Part shown: positions 10,783 through 20,135 of the stretch, in pieces
Numbering within the stretch: position 1 is the stretch's first letter
Layout of the letters: every line of letters starts with the position of its first letter
Origin: a virus
Virus record (IMG/VR): IMGVR_UViG_3300027747_001183
Reading direction: 5' to 3' (one strand)
DNA length: 64,000 bases
Notes under the pieces: model-generated
The model's input: only the letters and a program-made list of their open reading frames with translations
Told to the model about the DNA's origin: nothing
Database searches by the model: none
Made by a program: the position numbers and the translations under genes

Positions 10783-12738
10783 TTATACTAACCTTGATAC
10801 GTTAAGTGTAAATGTGTCTACGCCTACAGTATACACAGGAGCCAAGCCAGCTCCGCGAATTCTATAGACTGTTGGACTAGTCGCAACGTCTACTCTTTCT
10901 GTGTCATTCTTGGCATAGACGAATGTCTTTCCAAAGACTTTATTTCCGGCAGGGTGTACGAGCTCTTTCAGAATATCAATATATTTATTGATTGATTTCG
11001 TAAACTTGATCTCGTACGAGTACTCTTGATAGTAGTTGCTGTCTTGAATGTATTTATTGCTGTCTAGGAATCCCTGAGTAGTAGTCCAGTATCCTTCCTT
11101 AGTTCCTACGGCTCCAAGGTTTACTATGCCGACAGTAGTCTGGTCCGTATTGCCCTGAGTGCTGTTGTACAAAGTTATGCTCTCGTTCTTGGTATGGTAC
11201 CCAGTACCCGAGTCTTTTACTGCGAGGTTAGATACTAGGCCGACGCCGAGCACTACGTTAGCGTTTACTACGGCGTCTCTGCCAAGAATTCCACCGTTGT
11301 CGTCAGGGATCCCGTATCCTGCTATTTTAGGCTCAGTGATCGATACGTTCAGGTAGCCGTCGTAGGCGTCACCAGTAGCTATACCTGTAAGGGACGCGAT
11401 GCTTCCAATAGTTATGATCTGACTGCTTAGAGCGTACTGCAGTACCGTCGAGAGAGACGAGTTGTTTATAGTAGACCCGTAGCTTACAGAGTTGAGTGCT
11501 AGACTCGTAATAGGTACTATATACAGGTGATGTCCGTTCTGAGTGGGTCCTGCGGTAATGTTAATAGGAGACGTATTGTACGTAGTCGTGTTTCCAGTGG
11601 CCAGCTTTATACCCGTAGAGTTAGCGCCGACGATGAAGTAGTATGCGTTGTTAGACAGGCCGGAGACTACGGTATTTCCAGAATCTACGTAGTACTTCAC
11701 GTAGTCGCCGTTCGCGAGCATGTTGTTAGATACGGTAATGAACTCAGAAGTACTGTTTACCGAAGTATTACCGTTGAAGCTGTAAGTATTTGCTCGTACT
11801 AGGGTGTTGTTTATGTAGCTCGTAGAGTAGCTGAACGTCCTAGTATTCGACAGAGTAACTCCGCTGAACGTAGCTCCAGAACCAGATGAATTAGAACCCG
11901 CAGTAATGGAGATGACTGGGTTGGCAGTATACCCGTCTCCACCGTTGATTATCTTGAACTGTATAGAACCGTTAGCCGACCCTGCAATCCTAGTATTCGA
12001 CACCAGTACCTTTAGGCCGGAACCGGAACCGTATTGTTCAGACAGAAGGTCGCCGACAACGTTGTTGGGAGTAGTAGTGTCTACTGTAATTGATACTGGA
12101 GAACCGATGATCTTCGGCGCTAGGTTATAGTCGAGACCCTCGTAGCCAATTCTCTCCCCTACTATAAAGTTACCGGATATGTTGCTCAGGAAGAACTGGT
12201 AGATCAGCTTTCCAGAATTGATAGACGATATGTAGGACTCGACGTATGCAGTTGCTCCGGACTGTGAGCCAGTAATGAGCTCATTTTCAAAGTTGAAGTT
12301 ATAGTCAGTATACGTTACTTCCATATACTTCTTTTCTACCCAGGTACCGCTAGACGGTTTGAGCATGTCTACGGATGGTAGGTATACTTCAGAGTCTTCG
12401 TTGTACAAGAGTCTAAAGAAAAGCTTTAGTCCGTCTATTGAACCCTTTGACCTGTAGATGTCAAGGACGTGCTTCTGCAGGAATCTCTCGTCTCCAGCGA
12501 TCTTCTTTGGAATGATGTATGAGTACTTGTTCTTAAAGTACTGAAAGAAGTTCTCTGCAGTCTGGTCGATGTCTCTAGTCGAGAATAGATTCCTGCTTAC
12601 GTTGTTCGTCTTCTCTTCTTCTTCTAGCCACTCGTAGTACGCCTTCACGAGCGCGATGAAGTTCTGCCCGTCTTCTCTGTAGAACTCAGGAAACTGGTTC
12701 TGTACTAGGTTGGATATGTATTCTGCCGTAGGAAGCAT
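10783..12738 (-). CDS. gp7: Baseplate wedge initiator gp7-like
   Basis: QFPEFYRED..F..AYYEWLE; YRSKGS; IQDSNYYQEYSYEI; HPAG motifs. Confidence 0.8.
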   Translation of the reverse strand: MLPTAEYISNLVQNQFPEFYREDGQNFIALVKAYYEWLEEEEKTNNVSRNLFSTRDIDQTAENFFQYFKNKYSYIIPKKIAGDERFLQKHVLDIYRSKGSIDGLKLFFRLLYNEDSEVYLPSVDMLKPSSGTWVEKKYMEVTYTDYNFNFENELITGSQSGATAYVESYISSINSGKLIYQFFLSNISGNFIVGERIGYEGLDYNLAPKIIGSPVSITVDTTTPNNVVGDLLSEQYGSGSGLKVLVSNTRIAGSANGSIQFKIINGGDGYTANPVISITAGSNSSGSGATFSGVTLSNTRTFSYSTSYINNTLVRANTYSFNGNTSVNSTSEFITVSNNMLANGDYVKYYVDSGNTVVSGLSNNAYYFIVGANSTGIKLATGNTTTYNTSPINITAGPTQNGHHLYIVPITSLALNSVSYGSTINNSSLSTVLQYALSSQIITIGSIASLTGIATGDAYDGYLNVSITEPKIAGYGIPDDNGGILGRDAVVNANVVLGVGLVSNLAVKDSGTGYHTKNESITLYNSTQGNTDQTTVGIVNLGAVGTKEGYWTTTQGFLDSNKYIQDSNYYQEYSYEIKFTKSINKYIDILKELVHPAGNKVFGKTFVYAKNDTERVDVATSPTVYRIRGAGLAPVYTVGVDTFTLNVSRLV

Positions 12739-14543
12739 TAAGCAGTTACCGGATTAATGGTGATAGAGATGTCAGAAGCCTCTATTAGTAGAAACTTGTT
12801 GGTGATCGAATAGATGTCTGCATTTTCCAGCCTGCCATAGATCGATATGTAGCTGCCGGTATATTCAGAGATGTTGGCTGATATGGTTACAGTTCCCGTA
12901 GAATAGTCGACTGTGCCCACGGTGTCTGCTAGGATCGAGCGAGTCACCCCTGAATCAGTCGATACGTTCGTATAGATATTTACGATACCGAGACCGTTGT
13001 CTGCAAAGAATGCACTGTATACTGTACCGTCTGCAGTAGTGTAGCTGAAGTTAGAAGAATACAGGGTAAGGGCATGGCCCTGAGGAAGGGAATAGAGAAT
13101 AGTCTCTGCATGGAGTGGATTGTTGAAAGAGAAAGACGTCGTGCTCGTAGTACCTACGGTTGGAGACCACCTCTTGATCATCTTCAGCTGAGTGTCGTTG
13201 CTTACTATTGAGCTGTCGGCAGAATCGATTACTCCGATAAGCTTAGAGTATCTAAGGTCAGAGCCAAAGTCAGTAAGGTAAGACGTGCCGTAGTTCAAGA
13301 TGGCAGACTGTACGAGTGCAGATATCTGGGCAGCGCTGTTGAGTGTTACTGATGAGTTGTACGTGATGGTAGAGTCTACCTTGACGTAGTAGTATTCTGG
13401 GTCGATGACTATCGTCTGAGTAGTGATGCTCTTGTTGTTTAGGTACGAGACGATCTCTGACTTGAGACTGTCAGAGATGAGCCCAGCAGTACCGTACGGC
13501 TTTACTGATACTCCTACTCTTCCGTACTGCGGAGGGTTCAGCTCTTCTCCACCGTACGCTATGACCGACTGCAGCTGTGGGAACTTAGCCTTGGTCAGGT
13601 TAGCGTAGTCTACAGCAGTTACTGCCCTCTCCTGAGTAGTAAAGAAGCGTGTGCCGTTGAACTTTATAGAGTCGTTGCTCTCGCGCTCAGATCCCTCTAC
13701 AGCGCTGGTCACCGTAGTGATAGTGATGTTTGAGTATCCCTGGATTGCAGAACCCTTAGAGAATCTATAAGCGCCGTTGCCCTTTTCTCCTATGGTGTCT
13801 CTGTACCTTACCTTGACGATGTTTCCAGTACTCAGTGACTTTCCAGTGACGTCGTTTCCAAATACTAGCTCGTACTGGTTAGCAGAATAGCCCTGAAGGA
13901 AGTATACGTTAGAAGTAGGACTGAGTCCGTATAGGTTCTCTGATAGAGACCATACGCTGTTGCTGCTGTCTACGTTTGAGTTTATTACCGTGACCTCGAT
14001 AGAGTTGGTATCGATGTTCTCAGACTGCATCCTGTACTTTGCAGTATTTAACGCGGTAAAGTACTCAGTGACCACTGAGCCTTCGTATATTGAAACGTTT
14101 GAAGCAACGTATCCGTTTGCAGTAGGGTACAGTATGTGCTCTGAGTCAGTAGAGAAAGTTATAGTCGTGTTGTCGATGCTCGTAGTGACCTGATAGAACT
14201 TAGGTATGATTATGTAAGAAGGGTTGTCTGTAGGTACTAGCCTGATATTGACCTGAGCTTTCGCAGAAGTCCTAGACCTAGGAATGTAGTTTAGCTCCTT
14301 GGCGTGCGAGACGATAGACTCTCTAAGCTGCGCCGTATCTAGGAACATCTCAGAACCTACCATGTTTAGGTAGAAGTTGCTGAGGTACGTATTGTACGTC
14401 AATAGGTCGATGAGGACGCTCATGTTTGAAGCGTCGAAGTTGTAGTCTGCGAACTGCTGTTGGCCGGAAAGGTACTGCTTAAGGTTGTTCTTAAGTGAGT
14501 TAAAGTCCAGCTCGGTAGCGGTTAAGAAGTTATTAGACATCAT
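12738..14543 (-). CDS. gp6: Baseplate wedge subunit gp6
   Basis: ELDFNSLKNNLKQYL..FADYNF; FLDTAQLRESIVSHAKELNYIP; QERAVTAVDY. Confidence 0.92.
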   Translation of the reverse strand: MMSNNFLTATELDFNSLKNNLKQYLSGQQQFADYNFDASNMSVLIDLLTYNTYLSNFYLNMVGSEMFLDTAQLRESIVSHAKELNYIPRSRTSAKAQVNIRLVPTDNPSYIIIPKFYQVTTSIDNTTITFSTDSEHILYPTANGYVASNVSIYEGSVVTEYFTALNTAKYRMQSENIDTNSIEVTVINSNVDSSNSVWSLSENLYGLSPTSNVYFLQGYSANQYELVFGNDVTGKSLSTGNIVKVRYRDTIGEKGNGAYRFSKGSAIQGYSNITITTVTSAVEGSERESNDSIKFNGTRFFTTQERAVTAVDYANLTKAKFPQLQSVIAYGGEELNPPQYGRVGVSVKPYGTAGLISDSLKSEIVSYLNNKSITTQTIVIDPEYYYVKVDSTITYNSSVTLNSAAQISALVQSAILNYGTSYLTDFGSDLRYSKLIGVIDSADSSIVSNDTQLKMIKRWSPTVGTTSTTSFSFNNPLHAETILYSLPQGHALTLYSSNFSYTTADGTVYSAFFADNGLGIVNIYTNVSTDSGVTRSILADTVGTVDYSTGTVTISANISEYTGSYISIYGRLENADIYSITNKFLLIEASDISITINPVTA

Positions 14544-14944
14544 CTTACTCTATTGAGAATTAAGCTTAGTTGCTGTAGCTGCGGATTATTAGTCAGCGAG
14601 AAGACGATGGATAGGTAGTATCCATTCTCGTCCGGAATAGCGTTAACGTATACTTCTAGTGTATTTACTCTCGGCTCAAAGTTACGTATAGCCCTTATGA
14701 CTTCACTCTGAATAATGTACTCAGTCTGCGGCCCGATGTTCTCAAAGAGAGTCTTCTTTATACCGGCGCCGAAGTAAGGGTTAAAGAACCTCTCGTTCGG
14801 GTCAGTAAAGATAATGTTCTTTATAGCAGTCTTTACTGAGTCGGCGTCAGTAAGAACGAACAGGTCTTTTCTAACCGGGTGCGAGTCCAGGTTAGTATAG
14901 AAGTCCTTGTATACTGGATCTAGTCTCGTTGTCTGTATGGCCAT
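14540..14944 (-). CDS. gp25: Baseplate wedge subunit gp25
   Basis: KNIIFT..ERFFNP.FG; FEPRV motif; adjacent to gp6. Confidence 0.9.
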   Translation of the reverse strand: MAIQTTRLDPVYKDFYTNLDSHPVRKDLFVLTDADSVKTAIKNIIFTDPNERFFNPYFGAGIKKTLFENIGPQTEYIIQSEVIRAIRNFEPRVNTLEVYVNAIPDENGYYLSIVFSLTNNPQLQQLSLILNRVR

Positions 14945-14949
14945 AGTCT

Positions 14950-14957
14950 TATTTATA
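14950..14957 (-). promoter_or_regulatory. T4-type late promoter for gp25 (probably leaderless transcript)
   Basis: TATAAATA 5 nt upstream of the gp25 ATG; no Shine-Dalgarno sequence. Confidence 0.6.
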
Positions 14958-16899
14958 GTGATGTACTTGCGGTAGCAAGGAAGTTAGGCGCGTATTTCTG
15001 TACATCGTTACCTACTGCAGACGCTACCTTCCATCCCGTAGAGAATACTGAAGTAGAGAATGGAGACTTAGTGTCTCCAGTAAGCGCTGCAGAAGTAGCT
15101 ATCATTAAGGGTATCGCGTTGTCGCTTCTTCTTGGGTCTATTATAGACCCAACTTGACCACCCATCATGCTAGCAACGTTTCCTGCTAGAGAAGCTATCT
15201 GGGATCCAAGGGCGCCGCCGGTAGGTGCGACTGGAGTTCCTAGAGTTATGAGTGACATCATGCTTGATATGCTGAGCCCACCGCCGCCGAACGAGCCAAA
15301 GTTCTGCATCTGGAAAGACATTAGTCCAGACCCGGCCGGGTTCGTAGGGAACGTAGCGATCCTCCTGCAGAACATCTGGTCTACTGACATTCTAGGAGTC
15401 ATGCCCTCTCCAAAGAAAGCCCTTCCCGCGTATGACGGCGGCTGCATCATCGGGTTCCTGCACACGACTGAAGGAGGTACCGACTGCCCTAGTACTATCT
15501 GCGATATGACCCCGGAAGTAGCAAAGCCTCCGACTCTCTGCAGCATTCCTGCAGCGCCTGCAATGTTTCCAGGTCCAGTAATTGCTCCCAGTGCAGACGT
15601 GATAGATCCAACGCTGACGACTAACCCAGCAGTCATAGTGTTAACCTTTGACAGCTGGTTGACTACGTCACCACACTTTCCAGCAGTGCTAGGAAGAGTG
15701 GTGACTACTGAGAGCTGGTTCGTATGATTAGACACGCTCCTGATCTGCTTGGACAGCGTCATCATCGATGCCGCTATAGGAGCTGCAGATGCTATTCCCT
15801 GACTAGATATTACTCTACTTGCGCTCAGCGTCTGCGAAGCTACAGACGAGAGCTGAGAAGCGACTCCTCCGAGCTGTGCTATCTGACCCGCCGTCCCACC
15901 GAATCCAGAAGGACTACCAAGAAGAGCCGTGATGCCGGCAGTAACTCCAAGCTGCTGAGATATGCCACCTACTAGGTCTGAGATTATGTTTATACCTGGA
16001 AACTGGGATATGCTACCAGCAGCGAGTATTCCTGCTGCTGCAGCAGTAGCCGCGTCTCCCTTTAGACCAAGGGCACTCGCTGCAGCCTGAGCACCGTATA
16101 CGTTGGCGAGCGCTCCAAGAGGAGAGCTAGAGAAAGCAGCTACTCCGAGCAGCGCGCCGTTTATAGAAGATGCATGGTCTGCAGCGTGAGTAGAGCTGTG
16201 ATAGTCTGCGCTGAACTGCCTAGTTATTGAGGTGACTCCGTTTGCTAGGTAACCTACTTTATACAAGTCGTTTATCTGCAAGATTCCCATAGGGTTCCTT
16301 ACCAGTCTCCTGTCGTCTAGGTCTGGAATGCCAGTCACGTGAGATATGTACGATAGGTCTTCGTATTCGCTGACTGTTACTAGCACGTAGAGAAAGTCTT
16401 CCAGCGCGTCGTATGGTACTATACCTGGAGCTGCAAACTGCGAAGCTTTCTGCCTCAGTAGGTTCTGCTCGTATGAAGTAAGGTAGTAGTTATCTACTGT
16501 GTGTCTAGGATTACTGTTTGGCAGTAAGCTCTTGATTATCATAGCCGCGCCCATTATTCCAGCAGCCGTGCCGACAGCGTTCTTGAAAGCGGTGACGCTG
16601 TTCTTTAGGTCTGGGTCTCCAGACTCTCCATTCTCATGGAAGCTACCCTTGTGCTTGAGCGCAGTAGTATCCTTGTTGATAGGCACTGAACCAGAAGAGC
16701 TTGCGGGTGCAACCGATCCGTCGTCGTTGAAGCTGCGAGTAAGAGGTACCGGAACGTTAGTAGATACCGTATTCGCTACTGAAGTAGCACTCGCGTCTGC
16801 TGGAGTTGGAGTAAGGCTAGCAGTATCTATCTTTGCATTCCTTACGCCTTGGTCTGTACGGTCTTCTGTATACGGTGCAATGTCAGCCATGTTATGCAA
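14953..16899 (-). CDS. Gly/Ala/Ser-rich hypothetical baseplate-region protein
   Basis: 648-aa ORF (start may be the ATG at 16890) between the gp5 C-terminal gene and gp25; long hydrophobic small-residue tracts. Confidence 0.7.
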   Translation of the reverse strand: MHNMADIAPYTEDRTDQGVRNAKIDTASLTPTPADASATSVANTVSTNVPVPLTRSFNDDGSVAPASSSGSVPINKDTTALKHKGSFHENGESGDPDLKNSVTAFKNAVGTAAGIMGAAMIIKSLLPNSNPRHTVDNYYLTSYEQNLLRQKASQFAAPGIVPYDALEDFLYVLVTVSEYEDLSYISHVTGIPDLDDRRLVRNPMGILQINDLYKVGYLANGVTSITRQFSADYHSSTHAADHASSINGALLGVAAFSSSPLGALANVYGAQAAASALGLKGDAATAAAAGILAAGSISQFPGINIISDLVGGISQQLGVTAGITALLGSPSGFGGTAGQIAQLGGVASQLSSVASQTLSASRVISSQGIASAAPIAASMMTLSKQIRSVSNHTNQLSVVTTLPSTAGKCGDVVNQLSKVNTMTAGLVVSVGSITSALGAITGPGNIAGAAGMLQRVGGFATSGVISQIVLGQSVPPSVVCRNPMMQPPSYAGRAFFGEGMTPRMSVDQMFCRRIATFPTNPAGSGLMSFQMQNFGSFGGGGLSISSMMSLITLGTPVAPTGGALGSQIASLAGNVASMMGGQVGSIIDPRRSDNAIPLMIATSAALTGDTKSPFSTSVFSTGWKVASAVGNDVQKYAPNFLATASTSL

Positions 16900-18865
16900 A
16901 TCCCATGTTTCTTAGTCCCTGCTGAGCGAACGACAGCTGGATTCCGTCTACCTTTGAAGAGCACCTAGGGTCAGCGCATGTCCATACCGTACGAGCTCCG
17001 GAGCTTCCTTCCGGCGCAGCCTCTACGTGGCAGTGTATTGTACCCTGCGCGTTTGCCTCTAAGAAGCAGCGGTCGTACGGTAGGTTCTCTACTATCCACT
17101 TGGCTATCATTGCGGTCTCTACGTGGTCCCTGCCTGAAGACCTGATGTCGATCGCCTTACCTATGTAGTGACGAGAACCTCCCTGACCGAGACGAATACC
17201 GTGCAGTAGCTGGACTGAGCTGCCGAACCTATCGAGTACAGGGTCGATGATGTTGTAGGATAGGTGTCGAACGTTCTCTAGGATCTCTTTTCTAGAGTAT
17301 CCCATCTGGTTTAGAGGCAGGCTTCCAAGACCCGGAAAGCCGCCGACTGTCAAGTGACGCGACAGCTTCTCAGATCCATTGTCTATTGATATAGGTGCAG
17401 GTACCGGCGATGATTCTGCCTTAGTGTTGTTGCTAGAGCCGTCATACCCTACGTTGCCGCTGCTGCCTACGGTGCCGGCCGAGTCTCCCTTGGAGTAAGG
17501 AGTTCCACCAGACGCGTTTCCACTGGCAGTAGCCTTGGCGTTCGCGTCGGGAGTGTCTCCCTCGTTCTCATAGAGTGACATCTCGTTCTGAGACATCTTC
17601 TTTGCGTTGAGTGGGAATGTTGGAGATATCCTCTCGGTAGTCATAGTGTCGATGATTGTGTTTGTGTCTGGCCACTCTGCTGCAGGCGGCGTCTCGATGT
17701 CTGGAACAGCCCTCTGAGACGTAACCTCTACCGGACGTACTGACTGCGCAGAAGAAGCAGCTTTGTTTAGGTCGATAGTAGATCCTCGAATATCGATGGC
17801 ACCTGTAGCGTTGAAGTTGAATGCGCCGGTAGTACTCTGATTCATTGAACCCGAAACGAAGTTCATCTCTCCAGTAGAGCTGAGCTTAGTTACGCTGGAC
17901 CTGACGTCTGCTAGGTTAGTAGCGTCTACGTATACCGTGTCAGAAGCAGAAGTTACTACGTTTGCGCCCCTGATAGCTAGAGTCTGCGCTGCCTCTACGG
18001 ATACGTCGTGTAGGCCGCTGACGTACAGCGCACCCTTAGATGCGAGAGTAGTATCGTCGTTTGACAGAAGAGAGAGCTTTCCAGAAGTAACTTCAAAAAA
18101 AGAATCCTCGATGCTGTTTACGAGCATGCTCTTTGATGCGTATAGCTTGATATCGTGGTCTGCTCTAGCCTCGATAGAATGTCCGGTATCAAACCTTATA
18201 TCCCCTACAGACTGTACTCTCTTGCTTCCTGCAATCGTCTCGCGAGACACGCCGCCGATAGTCTGCGAGTAGTCCTTGACTACCTCGACAGTCTTGGCAC
18301 CGTCTACAGACTCCGAGAAAGAACCACCAACGTCGAGTACGAAGTCCTTGCCGACGTTCATGAACATGTTCTGACCAACGTTGAAGGTCATAGAACCCTC
18401 AGTCTCGATGGTGATGTCAGAGTGTCCCTTTAGTATGAGTCTTCCCTGCGCCGAGACGACGCCGTCGCCCCTGTTAGAGTGAAGGCCGAATCCCTTACGA
18501 CTAGTAGGCATCAGGAATATAGACCCGTCTACGTCTATCATTATCTGAGCGCCAGAGTGGTGTACAATCTCGATACTCTCAGAGCCCGGAGTGCCGTGAA
18601 TCGCTATCTTGTTTCCAGTTGCAGTGATGAATCCCTTACTGTCTTCTGGAGTACCGACACCCCTCTCGACGCCGGTGCCCGGACCTGAAAAGACCTGAGT
18701 AGTATCAGACGCCTTGCCACCCTTCTTTACAGATACCTCGTATGTAGACTCTGGTGCAGAGTTGAGAGTAGTAAAGCTGTAGCCAGACGACAGGCCGTCT
18801 CCCTCGGGATTGGTTACTCCCTTGGTCTCAGCCCTGTTACTGTTGAATCCATCTTCTGTAGACAT
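16892..18865 (-). CDS. gp5-like spike (beta-helix region) with C-terminal peptidase M15-like domain
   Basis: TPGSESIEIVHHSG followed by gp5-type 8-residue repeats; C-terminal SRHYIGKAIDI and HCH zinc motifs. Confidence 0.75.
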   Translation of the reverse strand: MSTEDGFNSNRAETKGVTNPEGDGLSSGYSFTTLNSAPESTYEVSVKKGGKASDTTQVFSGPGTGVERGVGTPEDSKGFITATGNKIAIHGTPGSESIEIVHHSGAQIMIDVDGSIFLMPTSRKGFGLHSNRGDGVVSAQGRLILKGHSDITIETEGSMTFNVGQNMFMNVGKDFVLDVGGSFSESVDGAKTVEVVKDYSQTIGGVSRETIAGSKRVQSVGDIRFDTGHSIEARADHDIKLYASKSMLVNSIEDSFFEVTSGKLSLLSNDDTTLASKGALYVSGLHDVSVEAAQTLAIRGANVVTSASDTVYVDATNLADVRSSVTKLSSTGEMNFVSGSMNQSTTGAFNFNATGAIDIRGSTIDLNKAASSAQSVRPVEVTSQRAVPDIETPPAAEWPDTNTIIDTMTTERISPTFPLNAKKMSQNEMSLYENEGDTPDANAKATASGNASGGTPYSKGDSAGTVGSSGNVGYDGSSNNTKAESSPVPAPISIDNGSEKLSRHLTVGGFPGLGSLPLNQMGYSRKEILENVRHLSYNIIDPVLDRFGSSVQLLHGIRLGQGGSRHYIGKAIDIRSSGRDHVETAMIAKWIVENLPYDRCFLEANAQGTIHCHVEAAPEGSSGARTVWTCADPRCSSKVDGIQLSFAQQGLRNMGFA

Positions 18866-18869
18866 TCAG

Positions 18870-19244
18870 TCACCCTAGATAGTTAATGTATGTTGCGCGC
18901 GCTATTTGGTTTAGAGTAGAGTTGTCAGAAGTTACGCTTGCAGTAGAAGTCCTGTTGGCGAGAGATCTCAGTATCGAGTAGATGGCCAGCTTCTGTCTCT
19001 CAGTCATGTAGAACATAGGATACCTAGGACTCTTCTCGTTGATGAAAGTGTCTAAGCCGCCTTCTAGCATGACTGTAGCCTGCGTAGGTATAGAAGACTT
19101 TAGACTGTATATAGTACCGTCTATGCTTATGACGAAGTCTGCATTGAGAGAAGATAGATCTACTGCCTCGTCCCTCAGACTCTGGCTCGTAGTAAAGCTG
19201 AGAGTGTTTATCTTAGATACCGTGCCGGGTCCAACGATCTGCAT
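18870..19244 (-). CDS. Degenerate Amidase_2 (T7 lysozyme-fold)-like protein
   Basis: FVISIDGTI, MLEGG and TERQKLAI align by eye with amidase motifs, but the Zn-binding His residues are absent. Confidence 0.5.
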   Translation of the reverse strand: MQIVGPGTVSKINTLSFTTSQSLRDEAVDLSSLNADFVISIDGTIYSLKSSIPTQATVMLEGGLDTFINEKSPRYPMFYMTERQKLAIYSILRSLANRTSTASVTSDNSTLNQIARATYINYLG

Positions 19245-20134
19245 TATCTACCTCTCGAGGTGTCTCTAGGTGTATATTTATAGCTGCTGTACACCTTCTC
19301 GGCATAAGAGAGTCTCGGCTTAAATGTAGAGTCGTTGGTGTCGATGTAGCTTCCCTTATAGCACTGCGGCCTCTCAAAGAAGCACATTGCCATGGTAGCC
19401 TCAGTGAAGTTCTTCGCTACCATTATTCTCTTGAATGCATGGTTCTCTGATCCCATGAACTCATCCCACATGTGAGATACCTGCTGGGCCAGGTCCGGCG
19501 AGTTTCCGTACTTACGCTTGAGTGCAGTAAGTCTGTCGAGTCTCCACTGACACAGGCCATATGCAGCCGCACCCTTGTCGTTTGGGTTTCCAGAATTAGG
19601 GTTTGCGTTGCTCTCTGCGAGGATGTTTCCAAGTATGCCAGACACCTGCGCGTGTATGTTGCCTCCGGACTGACCGCTCTTCTCTATCAACTCATAGACC
19701 ATGTTGTATATCTTCTCTGCGTTAGTGTTCCCCTGAACGTTCAAAGAACTAGAAGACACAGTAGAAGATGCAGATCCGTCGGCAGGTGAACCCGGCGTCG
19801 TCGTCCTAGGCATGTCGGTATTGTTTGAGCTGTTGACGCCGCCGTTCATCACTCCTACGATTACAGGCTGCTGACAGTCGTCGCCGTCGGCAAAGAATCC
19901 CATGACCCACGTTCCGGGCGTAAGGCCGTGAGAGAGGTTGCCTCCTGAAGTCTGACCTCCAGTAGTAGGGTACAGCACGACTGCTTCTGGCAGGTCACCG
20001 TTCGATACGTCTAGGGTATCGTCCATCCTGTGAATTCCAAATATCCTTACCCTGACGCGGTTCTTGTCGGTGCCCTTATCCCTGACGACGCCGACGAACC
20101 ACTTGAACTTATCACCATAGTAGTCAAGATGCAT
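19244..20134 (-). CDS. gp5: gp5 N-terminal OB-fold fused to phage tail lysozyme (Phage_lysozyme2-like)
   Basis: WFVGVV..RVRVRIFGIH, GTWVMGFFADG..QQP (gp5 OB fold); GILGNILAES, YGLCQW, FERP (tail lysozyme). Confidence 0.85.
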   Translation of the reverse strand: MHLDYYGDKFKWFVGVVRDKGTDKNRVRVRIFGIHRMDDTLDVSNGDLPEAVVLYPTTGGQTSGGNLSHGLTPGTWVMGFFADGDDCQQPVIVGVMNGGVNSSNNTDMPRTTTPGSPADGSASSTVSSSSLNVQGNTNAEKIYNMVYELIEKSGQSGGNIHAQVSGILGNILAESNANPNSGNPNDKGAAAYGLCQWRLDRLTALKRKYGNSPDLAQQVSHMWDEFMGSENHAFKRIMVAKNFTEATMAMCFFERPQCYKGSYIDTNDSTFKPRLSYAEKVYSSYKYTPRDTSRGR

Positions 20135-20135
20135 G

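Noticed and set aside
15167-15727. Antisense ORFs in the track (for example 15167-15727, 27665-28072, 53285-53749)
   Set aside because: They are shadows of well-supported opposite-strand genes with no recognisable motifs
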